From Tubiluchus corallicola (Eukaryota > Animalia > Priapulida), in assembly GCA_030141605.1 (NCBI GenBank), contig JAQGDQ010000287.1, positions 1-64,000 on the forward strand: a stretch of 64,000 bases of DNA. The letters run 5' to 3'. The notes beneath the pieces were generated by a model, which saw only the letters and a list, made by a program, of their open reading frames with translations, ran no database searches and was not told the origin of the DNA. A program made the position numbers and the translations under genes. Of this stretch, positions 13,497 through 25,990 are shown piece by piece. Numbering within the stretch: position 1 is the first letter of the stretch; every line of letters starts with the position of its first letter.

Positions 13497-16400
13497 TCAA
13501 GATTTCGATGGCACTATATTACAGCTGAAATAAGAAGAAATATACTAGAAGACTATAAAAAATATTATGGTAATGGTAAAGTTTTTAAATTATTTATAAC
13601 AAGAGTAACATCGTTTCATAAACAAAAACAACCCACTATAAAATAAATTTGATTAAATATTTATTAAAAAATCCAACATTTCTACTACACGTTAGCTGTC
13701 ATCAATAGGAAATATATAAAGAATGATTTAAAATTCCGAATCAGACAAAACTACGACTAAGTGTGAAAACAATAATCGCAGAGGAAGCAAAAAATGTTAT
13801 TTATCATTAAATGATTGATCACAGAAGCAATACATTTAGACAGCAAAATGTTCTGTGGAGAAAAAACCTTGATTTTGATAATATTCATATTACGAAGTCA
13901 TATGAGTATCATTTATATTGTTGTTAATAATGACTTACAAAGTTCTCGAAAGTTCTTAAGGTACTAGAACAACGACGGTGGCGTAAGTCCATAAGTAGAA
14001 TTAGTCTATAACAAATGCTTTACTTGAAATAAAGACTTTACTGTTGCATGTAGTACCAAACAGTGCTAACACTTATCAAATAAAATAAATGAAAACATAA
14101 CTCACCCGAGCATGCCTCTTCCTGACCATGGCTTTGGTTCCAATGTAACAACCACTTCTTTGCCATTCCGAAGAACGACCACACGTACATGTTTCTGAAA
14201 TACATTTTCCCAGTCGTTACTTCTGTGGAAGATCCATTTGACTAACATTCTTATGCAACTACGGCCAAATCACGTTGAAAACATCGGTTCTCGTCTGATC
14301 ACCGAAGTTAAGCAACATAGAGCCTGGTTAGTACTTGGATGGGTGACCGCCTAGGAATACCAGGTGCTGTAGGCTTGCGGGATGCCCACACTGTATCTCG
14401 ACACTAGGCGGAGGAGCTGCACAAGCAGCCAACGGCTAGAGGGCGGAGGAGGTCATGTGACCCAACGGCCATGTGTAGAGCAGTAAACCTTCCAAATCAG
14501 GAGTGGAGCCCCGAAGACGGACCAGTGCAGCATGCTCACTGACTCCGACAGCTCCTGCAGCCAACCTGGTGCCAAACGTATCGCTCCGCTTTCCTTTGGA
14601 CTACACCAGGGAGGAAGAGAGGGGGCTCCTGTTGTCTGGGCAACCCAGGATCTCCATACACCTCGCCCAGGCGTGCGCCCGGGAGACGTTCAAGACTCTC
14701 TTGGCACACACTCCATTGTCTTCCGAGACAGAAGGATGCCAACAACAACAAATATGCACATTGCACACATCTTATAAAACAAAAGGTTTTCAGCATACTG
14801 TAAAAAGTGTAATACTACGTAAATGCAGCACTCAATGGAAGAGCCTGAACATGTATGACTGTAGATAAAAATCTGGTTCATAATAAAAACTAATCCTCTG
14901 AGATGAGGCATTTAACCTGTAGAAGCATCTTGAACACATATATTTCAGTCTGATATTTCAATTCCGGAAAACTGCAGAGTAGTATGGTTAAAATCTGAAG
15001 GTCACCCATCCATTAACTAATCAGGTTTAACACTGCATAGCTTCAGCTGCTAAGCTGAACACTCAAGCAGTCCATTTGCCATATTAACCTAACAAAATAC
15101 TCCACTATCCACAATGTAATTTTCGATAGTTCCCATGTTTTCTTGTCACACTTACAAATTACTGAACACCAGTGTGACTGGACTACGCCTAAAGATTGAT
15201 TAAGTTCGGGATACCGAAAGTTCACCGAACCTACAACCAAAGTTCACCAGTCTGGATTTCTTTTCAGGGGAATATTGGTGTATTCCTAGTCACTTATTTA
15301 ATTTTATAAGAATTGCGACTAAGTGACTAAAGATGCATTACTAAAAGCTGAACAAAACTTTACCCCAACACTATGCTGGACAATGGCTGCAACATTTTGC
15401 AAACTCTCAAAATTTTCCAACGTGACGGAACCAAATTCTACCAGTCCATCACCAACTTCTATGCCCTAAAAATACAAAAAAATATGATCACATTACATCT
15501 AATCTAAGAGTTACATTGGCTGCCGATAAAGTTACGAATTCTATTTAAAGGCCTTTGCATTGTCTACAAAGTACTACGTGGTTTGGCACCTGCATATCTC
15601 ACAGATCTTTTGATAAGCCATAACATAGACCAAACACTTCGTTCTAATGCTAATGAACAAATTCATTTGTATCAGCCAGTTCCAAGTACAGCATTCTATG
15701 GTGAAAAAACTTTTCTTTTTTTGCGCTCCAAGTCTTTAGAATAACTTACTTGTTGCTATACGTTCAGCAAATTCATTAGATATTTTAAACAACATCTTAA
15801 AACATTTAAATTGTACTTTTTATGATGAAGATTTTAAATGATAAAGTGTGCTATATACGTAAACTTTACATTACATTATATTGCATATATTACATTGCAT
15901 CAAAAGATCACAAAATTTTAAAAGTAACATTAGTTAACACTTTTATAGAAGAAGTCTAGATTGCACAAAACACTAAATAAAACACATAATTACGGGACAA
16001 TTTATTGACATTTTGGAGACTCCATAGTCATAATACATTCTGAACAAACTTAAGTTCCAAATCAGGCTGTAATGCAAATTGGAAATTACTTAATAATTAC
16101 ACCTATATTTTTTTGAGCTCTACATTTAGTGTAAAATGGAGTAATTTTATGATATATATCCTTCTTGATATACGATAATCGTATGATATATGATTATGCT
16201 ATATAAACTTACTATCCGCAACAAATGAAATACAAAAATCCTCCTTCTAAACAGCAACATTACAGTTGCAACTAGTTTCATAGGCTCAATATTTCTAAAC
16301 TAATATTGTCATGTGGTCTGGCCTAAGTAAAATCTGTCACATCCATACTTACATAACACTTCCTAATTTAGTAACCATGTAATAAACTGTGACCTGACAT

Positions 16401-19400
16401 CAATTTAACAAAACATGGCGGAATTTGAGGCAAAAATTTAGCTAGCCGATTTGTTTTATTAACTGTGCCAAGCAATGAAAATTAGCGATCATTGTACATA
16501 ACTTCACTTGAAATGTTTGTTGATGTCAGAAATGCATGTGTTAATCACTGGCTGCAGTGGTTTGACAAAGCATATCATGCATAAGGACAGTAGGATCTAA
16601 ATTCTTTGCGAATATTCCTCCAGTTTCATGGAACAAAGTGTACTTCAACTGTAGGCTTGGTTGTTTTCAAAATTTATTTTCCATTTTAATAAGAAAAAAC
16701 TAAAAAAAATTTACAAATCATTTTTTTATTTAAGTGCAAATTTGATTAGTCTACAATTACATACACTCACATCTCGGCTTGTTGGACCTCGCTTCTACAG
16801 ATATCGGGAGAATCGGACAAATTCTAGACAGCTGTCCCGCATACTAGGGAGATAAACCATTGTTTTGCAAGGTGACTGCTAGTTGGCAGGCCGTCAGTTG
16901 GTTACATCATTACATCAGTGCAGCCACATGTATATTGTTGCACATAAAAATATAGAGTCGATTATGTGGAGTTATTTGAGTCAATTGCCGACAGTTTTTG
17001 TATACTTTTGCATAGGAGCGGCCCGTACTAGACGTCTTTGAGACAATTAGGAGATTGATTCTACACTACCGTGAGTCTAATACACGGCGCCTACTGTGTT
17101 AACTCAGTATCGGCAAATACGGACCATCGGCAAATTCGGACCCAATATCTCCCTGCTTTTGTCCAGCAGGCAGAGATATGAGTGTGCGTGAAGCAACTAA
17201 TTAACACACAACATTACCGCAGCTTGAGCAGGTGAATCAGGCGAAACTTTATCCACCACAGCAAATGCTTTACGAGGCCGTTGTCGTGTGTCTGTCGATC
17301 CCTGAGACGAACAATCCATCTGCTCGCCTTCCGACAAGCGCCTCTCTTTTTCTAAAGCATGAAGCTCGTAAAGTTTAGATTCTATTTCCTTCATTAATGC
17401 TTTGTGGTCATTTCGTAAACCTGGTCAAATAAAATCAATATAAAACTAGTGAACGTTGTCAAAAACTGTAATATTTTGTGACAGGACATTCTTTATGTGA
17501 CATTTCTTGTTTAGATTTATAAATAAAAATGATTTAATGTTTTTCAAAATAATTAATTAAATGTATATAGACATTGTGCTGTATGTCTATGTCAATAATA
17601 ATTTCAGTGAAATCAAAATCCGTCACTTTTTAGATTTGTAAACTAACCAATCTTAAACTATAGCTCAAAACAATCTAACCTGAAAGGGAACCACAAAAAT
17701 CTAATTCTCACGGCTAGTTTTTCACTGTCTGGTGCATTTTGCCATGTGCTAATTAGATATGCACCTGCACCTTCATCTTGGAAACACATTACACAAAAAA
17801 CAGGAGCTATACCCTGTAGTTCAGAGCTGTTCATTTGTGACACTGTGCGCACGTTCGACCGCTCATGTGTGAGCACAATGGTAAACTTTAAATTTGAATT
17901 TTAAAGTTAAAATTTGCTGAAATTTTTGTACGTCACATTGAACATTGTACAGTAGCACTGTACTTTAATTTTCGCTTTTGCAAACCCATGCAACATGCTC
18001 ATTGAATTATTATTATGTCCATTTGTGACATCATCACTAGCTGGATGCCCACTAATAAATTTTTAACCTGTCATTTGGTTATCAGAAACACTTTTGCAAA
18101 CATATGATACGTGTTAAAATGAATGTATACTTTTTATTATACTGCAAAGTGAAAATATGAAAAATCGTCCTGTTTTCCTTTAAGTTAGTTCACATTAAGT
18201 TACCCATACAAACTGAGAAAGACCTGGCGGTATAATATTATCGCCTGCAAATTATGTGGTCTTAACAAACATAAATACATGTTAGGGAATCTCAGTTGAT
18301 CTCTCTGGAAAGGTGTGAGCACGTGATGTCTGTGTTGCACTGTAAATCTTGGACATTGGTTGCCAGCATTTTGACTTTGAAGCTCTTAATTAACCAGTGA
18401 TTCTAGTGAACATTATGTAAAATACAAAGAATTCTGCATTAAAGACAGCAAGTTGCTAAATACTGTGAGAGCTCATATGTAGATAGGTGACCGGTTATAA
18501 AGTCACAGGAAAAAAACCACGAAAAAACATCACAATTTTGGCTAGGAGAAAGTCTCGATTAATATTGGCTAGGGTTAGGGTTATTTGTTTTTTCCTGTGC
18601 CTTTTTTATCTGTGACTTTTTTTCTGCGACTTTTTTACCTGGACACCGTAGCAAAGTGCAAAATTAGTTTTATTTTCATTTTTTAAAACATAATCTTTTG
18701 TGCTCCTGGAAAAGAAAACTTTCACAATATTGAGATAAAGACTATACCATTTTTAAAAGCCAAAACATTTTCTGAGGGGGAGGAATACAGGGAAAATGGG
18801 TGTGTGATTGTAGGCCTCCTGGGTTAGGCAAATGCACACACTGGATCAGAAACTAAAAGTTGGTTTATTATGATCACTCATTTGAATAGGAATTAGATGT
18901 AGGTATTCTAGGCTATTCCTACATGAAAAACAGTACAATTTTCTATAAAATAATTAGTGACATACAACTATACGTTAGGTGAATGCTTTGCATGTCTGCA
19001 TGTGTATGTTTGTTTGCTAATTACAATAAAAGACAAGTTTGTTCGCTAATTTCCAGACAAGAGAGAACTTACAGTCAATTTTTTTCTCTGTACAAGTGGT
19101 TAATTTTTTCTAAATATAGACTGCACAGCATGAAAATTAGATACCAGTATAAAATTTTTCCTACATGTAAATGGCCCATATTCAACCAAGCACAAAGTCT
19201 TGACCTCGCATAGTTCTGTTCCAAAAATTGTGGCCCTAGCACAAAAACTGCAGGAGGAGATCCAGCTTAGGAAAAAATAAAAAGCCCAGCCTACTCCATT
19301 ACCTTTGACCTATGGGTAATGGGTAGGCATAAATTTCCCTACCTGGGGAACGTGCCCTGTGTACGTACAAGTTATTACAGAACAAGAAGGAACAAACAGA

Positions 19401-20991
19401 AATAATAAGTAATAAAGAAAAAAGTAAAAATCGGGGATAAATAAAAAAATCCTGTTTTAATGCAGAATCTTAATAAACTTGCACAATGCTATGCACCTGT
19501 GTTAGGTCACATGCTTAATAACCTTTTTACCCATCAAAGAAGTCAAATGAATGGTTATTATGGTCAGTAGTTCACACACGGCCTATAATGTAATTTGTAC
19601 AACTATTGGACTTACATAGCAATGCCCGTTTATGAAATACCAAACATTCACACATAGAATAACATGCTACAAAGTCATCTTGTGGCCAATGTTGGTGAAG
19701 AAGGATGATAGCAATGGATGAAAAGTTGTTTTTGACATCTTTTAACAGACTGTCAGTTGAATAACTTTTTTATATTTAGTGAAAATTTTTTATTCGACAA
19801 AATATATGTCAACTGCAGTCGTTAGAGAACTTATGGAGGCTCTCGGGAAAAAAACTGCCATTGCTTTTGCGGTTAACAGTCCCTATAATTTTCAGAGGAA
19901 AAAATATTGGCAAAAACTTCAGTAATTTACAAGTTTGCTTATTTAAAACATTCCTAAATGTGTAAAAAACATCAGCACACAAAGCAAAATTGAATGGACT
20001 TTAACTTAACAGCCAAACTTACATATGATTTTGTGTCGAGTGTGCCTGACAAGATAGACATCAATATCACTTCGTGGATAATCTTCTTCATCAATCAGTG
20101 GACCGTTCATCCCAACACCCTTCTCCTGAAACAAAATTTCCAGTATGTTGCCAGTCAGTTTAAATATCTGTTAACAGATGATGTTACATCGTTACCAGTT
20201 GTTCTCAATAATTTAAATAAAGTTTAATGTTGTTCTCGTGTCCATTACTGGTTGTATCTTTCACTTTGCCCTCTTAGTGCAATCTTTTAAATGCAGAGCA
20301 AGGACACTACAATTTCCACTTTATAATTCAGAGTTATAAAATACTTGACTAGAGTTTTAAAACAAAAAGTTTGTTAGACATGCTTCATTGCCTTTTAGAA
20401 CTCTCGCAAAATGATTTGATTATTTTAAACATATCTAACGTACTTATTTTAGCAGCGACCAAACTCAGTAATTGGTCTATGCAATAGCTTCTCTACCAGA
20501 AATTTATTGTTTTGATATACAACAATTACATACGTTTTATATCTGCCTGGGTATCTACACTCAGACTTATAACTGGGTTTCTGTTTATAAATGCAACTAT
20601 TACTTAATTATCATAAATATTATTTTATTTTACCTTTCACATATTCTCTTCACATAACAGAAGACATAATAGTTAGCATTTAACATTGCATGGGACAATT
20701 ACTTTTTTGTCTGTCAAGTGAAATTATTTTACTAATGATCCGGTATAAGTTGCAAGTCATCATGGTATGTTATGATGATATTTTAACATTCACTTGCAAG
20801 GTTACTTCGTTTTATTTTGCTTTAATTACGCATTTAGAAAATGCATAATACTATAACATAAAACTTACCGAATCTAGTATATCGCTAAATTCTCTGATGT
20901 CAGCTTCAAACTCATCACGCTTTTTAATTAGTTCCTGCAAATCTTTCTTCAAATTCTCCATTAAATCATGCTTATCACTGGAAGCTGCCAT
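13497..20991 (-). CDS. PSMD9: 26S proteasome non-ATPase regulatory subunit 9 (p27/Nas2), about 215 aa, 6 exons
   Basis: Exons 20991-20869, 20125-20023, 17420-17218, 15465-15364, 14194-14106, 13524-13497, all GT-AG and in frame. Motifs [67 protein letters not shown]. Confidence 0.95.
14257..14376 (+). rRNA. 5S rRNA-derived sequence, 120 nt, head of a SINE; probably not a functional rRNA gene
   Basis: CTACGGCCAAATCACGTTGAAAAC...GAAGTTAAGC...GTTAGTACTTGGATGGGTGACCGCC...GCTGTAGGCTT; A and C boxes recognisable; first two nt altered; no T4 terminator; single intronic copy. Confidence 0.85.
14257..14750 (+). mobile_element. Candidate 5S-derived SINE (SINE3) with RTE-like body and (CAA)n tail
   Basis: The 5S head runs into a GC-rich body of about 370 nt ending TTGTCTTCCGAGACAGAAGGATGCCAACAACAACA; possible short TSD TATGCA (14252-14257 and 14753-14758). 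Confidence 0.75.
15503..15900 (+). mobile_element. 3' fragment of an L2-clade LINE
   Basis: Translates to LHWLPIKLRILFK..VYKVLRGLAPAYL..LRS; ends in degenerate (CATTA)n-like repeats. Confidence 0.75.
16764..17184. mobile_element. MITE with imperfect 24-bp TIRs
   Basis: CACTCACATCTCGGCTTGTTGGAC at the left; GTCCAGCAGGCAGAGATATGAGTG at the right; second partial copy at 2869-3098. Confidence 0.75.
18270..18830. repeat. Interspersed repeat, inverted homolog of 25441-25990
   Basis: Shared blocks in opposite orientation: TGTGCTCCTGGAAAAGA, TTGAGATAAAG.CTATA, TTTTCTGAGGGGG, TTGTAGGCCTCCTGG, CTCTCTGGA.AGGTG. Confidence 0.7.
18486..18648. mobile_element. Small TIR element with AAAAGTCACAG subterminal repeats and an internal TAGGGT motif
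   Basis: TA|GGTGACCGGTTATAAAGTCACAG ... CTGCGACTTTTTTACCTGGACACCG|TA; nested in the repeat above. Confidence 0.6.
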
Positions 20992-22138
20992 AATGGAAAA
21001 ACTGGAGCAGTCTCACGATTCGACAGCCATCACGCACGACCACTCCCCACGACTAGCCTTCGGAACATATCGCGTAATACGGGCTCTGCTAGGATTGCTC
21101 TGTAGCTCTTTAAAATAAATTCAAATGAATTGTATTGCATAAATGCACACAGAGGTTTTTTTATTCAGCTAGATTTGCTGAAAACTTGTTAAAAATTACT
21201 TTTGTATTAGGTCAAAGGCAATATGCTACAAATGTAATGTTTGTAATGGCCAAGAAGATGGTTGAGGTTTATTCTACACAGTTGTCACTAAAATGATAGT
21301 CCCACTGATTAATCAAACTATAGATTTATGGTAATGTCGATTTGACATTAAAAATACCAGTGCCTTAAGTTTCTAGATTGCAGAACAATAATGACGATCT
21401 AAATCAGCTTAAACGTTCTGTTTATTCGCATTTTGAACAGTAAATAAAGTGATCAAGTCATTATCTGATTAAGTAATAGCAATTCAACTCGAGCAACTTT
21501 ACAATGAAAATTAGTCCAATAAAATAAATCTTCCTGGTACAGGAAGAAACTTTTAACAATAAGTGCTTAACTTTGACTAATCGTAACAATAACACATAGG
21601 CAACAATAATATTATTCTGCCAAACTCATTCTTGACGTAATGTAGTAACTGCAGTCCTTTTACTTCAGACATATTCTCAGAAATGAAAATTTAAACTATG
21701 AAAATTGCAAAAAGCTAAAGTGACAACAAGGCTGTACTTCTATACATGTACTGAGAAATATTTGTAGATTTTCTTTTAGCTTGCTGAAGTACTAAATATG
21801 TAACTCTAAAGGCTTAGTGGTTTGCTAAAAATGAAATCAGTTGCAAAACAAATTTTGCTAAAAACACAATAAATTTTTAAATCAAGTTATAAAATAGATA
21901 AACAAATAGTAAACAGTTAACACTACACACTTAAACTCAGTCAGTCGTCCATATACTAATAAAATAGTAAGAACCACATGATATTATGTTTTTGAGATTG
22001 GTAATACACAGAGTACATGAGTTTTGAAGCTAAGAAGTCCGTATTTGAAGCCGTATTTTGGTTTGTCACACAGGCCAATAAATTTGCAGTTAGCTTGTCT
22101 TTGTAGCAATTTTTGGTAAAAAAGCTACTGTGCACTTA

Positions 22139-25100
22139 CTAATAATCAAACAAATACGTATAACTGTAATTGTCTTGGTAGAAAGGCTCAGACTCCGGCA
22201 ACTCAGTCTCTGTTGATCCGTTGCCAGATTGCTCTTTAGGAGCTGTGTGTCGAAACTTGCATTCATCACCTCGATTACACTTGCCTTTTCTGTACATTTT
22301 GCAAGTTCTTTTTGGCCCATTCATTCTTTTTCTTTTTTTCACACCCGACCTTGAGTCAGCCACAAAATCATCAACACGAGGCATTGATGCAAAAAGCGAT
22401 GGAATATGTTTTGCATCGGCAACTGATGTTGGTGCTGAGGTATCAGAAGCAAGAAGTTGATTGGTCTTTTTTGCTCTGCTTTTTGGACCCCAGTTTGGCT
22501 CTGGATTCACTTGGAATCGCAACAGTCCTTGGGCCTTAGAGCGCTCGACCGACAAAGGATGTACATCAAAATTTGCTAAGAAAATTGGTTCCTTGCTCAG
22601 AATGTTATCAGCAATGGTACCAGGCAAGGGTTTTGAGTCGCGTGTCTGCTTAGCCAAACATCTCATTATATCCCAAACAGTATCACTGGGAGCATTTGTC
22701 TTGAAACCATTCTGATTCGCATGCGTGCCAGACACATTAAAACCAGCATTAAGAAGGGCTGATCTAAATGTAATACTTTTTGGAGCAGGACATCCGACAC
22801 TGGCACACAGCTTGTCCATTACATAATATAATGGATCTTCTAGCTCGTCAATGGCTACAGACAACATGCCAATTATGCGTTTTGACGTCTTAAAAAGTGC
22901 TTCATTTGCCGAAACATTGGCTACAACTTGTTTGAGAAAATATGTATCATGAAGCTTACTGGCCCAAATGGGACCACCCACGTGATGCACAGATCCACAA
23001 TGTCTGCAATTGAGACTGGTTGGAGGGCCTCGGCTGTGCTTATATTTAACATTCTGCGCGGTCTGAACAGTTTCGGACATGTACTGTAGGTTAAACGTAT
23101 CACAACCGGAACAATTGAACACAATGGCTCGTTTACTGGCTGACGACTGAACCATTTTCGGACTAGTGTAGATGTGTACAAACACCCGAATATAAAAATC
23201 AATACTGAGTGAGAGAATCGGCACTATGTAGCGAGAATAGTGATTTGCATGACTTTCCAAGCAGTTCAACAGTAAACGGATAGCCATTTCATGACAATGT
23301 TTCGCCTTTAGCGACATCCCGCCATATTTTGCAAAACAAGTTTCTGATCCATTTCCACAAAGTACGGCCGTGTCTGTGCAGGTGACACACAGCATTCCTC
23401 CATCCTTTAGAGCCTGTACGGCTGCATCCAGGAAAACAGCAGGACTTCCGTAAGGGTCAATATCAATGACGTCAAACTTGTTTTTGTGCTTACCAGCGAA
23501 ACTGTACATGTATCCGGCGGCATCAGACTGTGTCGCTTTAACAAGGTGATCGACCTCATTGTGTTTGATGTTGCATTTAATCGTGTCAACTGCATCAAAG
23601 TTCCAATCATTCGCGATAACTTCTTTAATGCCAGGAATTTCCTTTGCAAATCGTATTGATCTTAATCCTGATGCGGACAAACCCTCAAATATAGATATGC
23701 CATCATAGTAGTACTTCCCAGGGATAAAGGTTTGATTGTCAAGAAGTGTTTCTGCACCATTACCACCTTTATTATTGAAACTGTGCTTTTTAACGTAGCA
23801 CTGCGACGAAAACTGAGTAAGCATGGCACATGTAAGGTCTCTGTTAAACTCTTGCACTTTGTTGTAGAATACCTGATTACCTTTAGGAAAAAGCATGATT
23901 GCACTACCTTCTGTAATGACATTACATTCCTCGTCACTTACAGTTGTTACGGTACTTTCTTCAGCTGTCTCACATGTGTCCTTGCGGGCTGTTACATCTT
24001 CATCCATAGTAACTGTGCTACACATGTCATCTGGGAGTATTATTTTTTCATCTGTAACACCTGTGTCACACATGTCCTCCTGAACTATTGCTTCCTTGCC
24101 TGTACCACCTGCACCATATGCACCCTCCTGAATCATTTTTCCATCACCGGTAGCATCTGCATCACACACGTCCTCTTCGATTGCTACTCCTTCATCCGTA
24201 GAGCCTGCACGATGCATGTCCTCCTGGATGGTTAGCTTTTTACCTGTAGCACATTCTGCAGAACTGTCACGTTTCAAAGTTGAATTTGAAATAGGTTCTG
24301 ATTCGTTCATTTTTCCAGTGGATGGTCGTTGCGTGATCGTTTCATTAAAACTTAAAGGTGCATGCCAAAAAGCTGAAAATAAAATAACAGTTGTTAAAAT
24401 GACAGAAATATGATGTTTTGTCCAGAAAGCAGAAGGTCATCGGTTTAAGTCTCTATAGACGTGCAAAATTTTTCAGACTTTCTAATTTAGTATTAGGTTT
24501 ATGCCTTCATACTCATAAAATTCTAACTTCTAAGATTGCAGCGCAATGCATTGGTATAAAAACTGATTCTCAGACACAAGACAAGTACATTTCCAACAAG
24601 TATTAGACACGGCTATGGCAGCTGCTATGCCAGCCAAATACGTGGATGCTAAATACCACATTATGTAAGCAAACCTAGCTGCAGCGTCAGCTGCGAACAT
24701 TCTTGGACATTTGTTCCAGAATTATATGCATGAGTCTAAGTGAAAAAAGTGGTCAGCGCAGCCTTTTCTGTTGATTTTACGAAATTTAGGCATTACGTAG
24801 GCAAACACGGTTAAAAACTGGGAGTGGGGTTCCTGCAAGTCAGACAACCAGTATTCAAATCGATTCTAAAATGGCGATATCAAATTTATATCATTTCAAA
24901 GACCAAAAATCAAGTTTTAGAGATGTCTGAGGTAGATAATTTAATCCATTTTCAATTTAATGTAAAGACTACAGAAAAGACCACCAAACTGCTCTTGATT
25001 TATAGTTTTTATACTGTACTTCCATTATACTGATGCAGTTGTTTTGAAGAAAAATTACCGTGCTTGCGGTTTGAAAATTCCTTGCCTGCCATACTACAGG

Positions 25101-25296
25101 CTGATGCCTAGTTTTTACAGCCTCTACTTATTTAATATTAGCTCAGTTCTATTGACTACTAAATGAATCTTGAGTCTTGATTGCGTGCAGGTGGCTATTT
25201 CTTGTCTACTATTTTGAATACAGAGTCAAAATTTATTCATTTAGCCAACATAAACATGCATACTGCAGAGCACTCACCTGGCATGTCACTAAACAT
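22139..25296 (-). CDS. TRMT1: tRNA (guanine-26-N2)-dimethyltransferase
   Basis: 723-aa ORF with VFYNKVQEFNRDL, EGLSASGLRSIRFAKE, DIDPYGSP, TCTDTAVLCG, GGPIW, NPEPNWGPK and a C-terminal CCCH finger. Main exon 24372-22139; a small upstream exon (ATG 25296 to 25278, phase 1) can add about 27 aa in frame (less certain). Confidence 0.95.
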
Positions 25297-25440
25297 TATT
25301 TTGTTAATAGTTGTAGGCCTATTGTTTTTTGCTCAGCAATGACCTAAAATACGTACATCTAATTCCTGTTCAGTGATAGTAAAAAATGGTCACATAAGTG
25401 TCCAACTGTCCAAGCTTTCCTATCTTGTGACTCCAGATAC

Positions 25441-25990
25441 TAATCCAGGAGGCCTACAAGAAGGTGCACCTGTAAGACAACCACAAAAGCATATACCATT
25501 CCTGAACCCCCTCAGAAAATATTTTTGGCCTTTAAGAATGCTATAGCCTTTTGGCCTTTAAGAATGCTATAGCCTTTATCTCAACATTGCAGACATCGTC
25601 TTTTCCAGGAGCACAACAGGTTACATTTTAAATAATGCAAAAATAAAATAAAATCTTTCGTATATATATATATATATATATATACGAGCTGCAAAAAAAT
25701 TTGTGTTAAAGATGGCAAACTGTTAAATACTGAAAATCCTTATATATATATATATTTTCAGTATTTAACAGTTTGCCATCTTTAACACAAATTTTTTTGC
25801 AGCTCGAATAATATTTGCCGAAATCACGGATTAAAGTAAGTCCTTCAGTGTCAAAATACAAGCGACACTATATATTAATCTATGCACTGTGCGGCTGTTC
25901 ACCAGCGGCCAGTGTCCAACACCGATGTCACTCCAGGGTGGGGTGATCGCACCTATCCAGAGAGGTTAACTGTGAGTACTGGACAATTAT
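25441..25990. repeat. Interspersed repeat, inverted homolog of 18270-18830, interrupted by a palindrome
   Basis: Shares the blocks listed for 18270-18830; also has an internal direct duplication of TTTTGGCCTTTAAGAATGCTATAGCC near 25524-25575. Confidence 0.7.
25685..25806. repeat. Perfect inverted repeat with 53-bp arms and a 16-bp TA-rich spacer
   Basis: 25685-25737 is the exact reverse complement of 25754-25806; preceded by (TA)12. Confidence 0.95.

Noticed and set aside
14257-14376. Functional 5S rRNA gene
   Set aside because: Single intronic copy, altered 5' end, no oligo-T terminator, and fused to a retroelement-like body.
14503-14868. ORFs of 81-121 aa in the GC-rich segment
   Set aside because: They lie in the SINE body and show no recognisable domain.
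20991-22139. TRMT1-PSMD9 operon (trans-spliced polycistron)
   Set aside because: The genes are on the same strand but 1.15 kb apart, with a GC-rich promoter-like patch ahead of PSMD9; no positive evidence.
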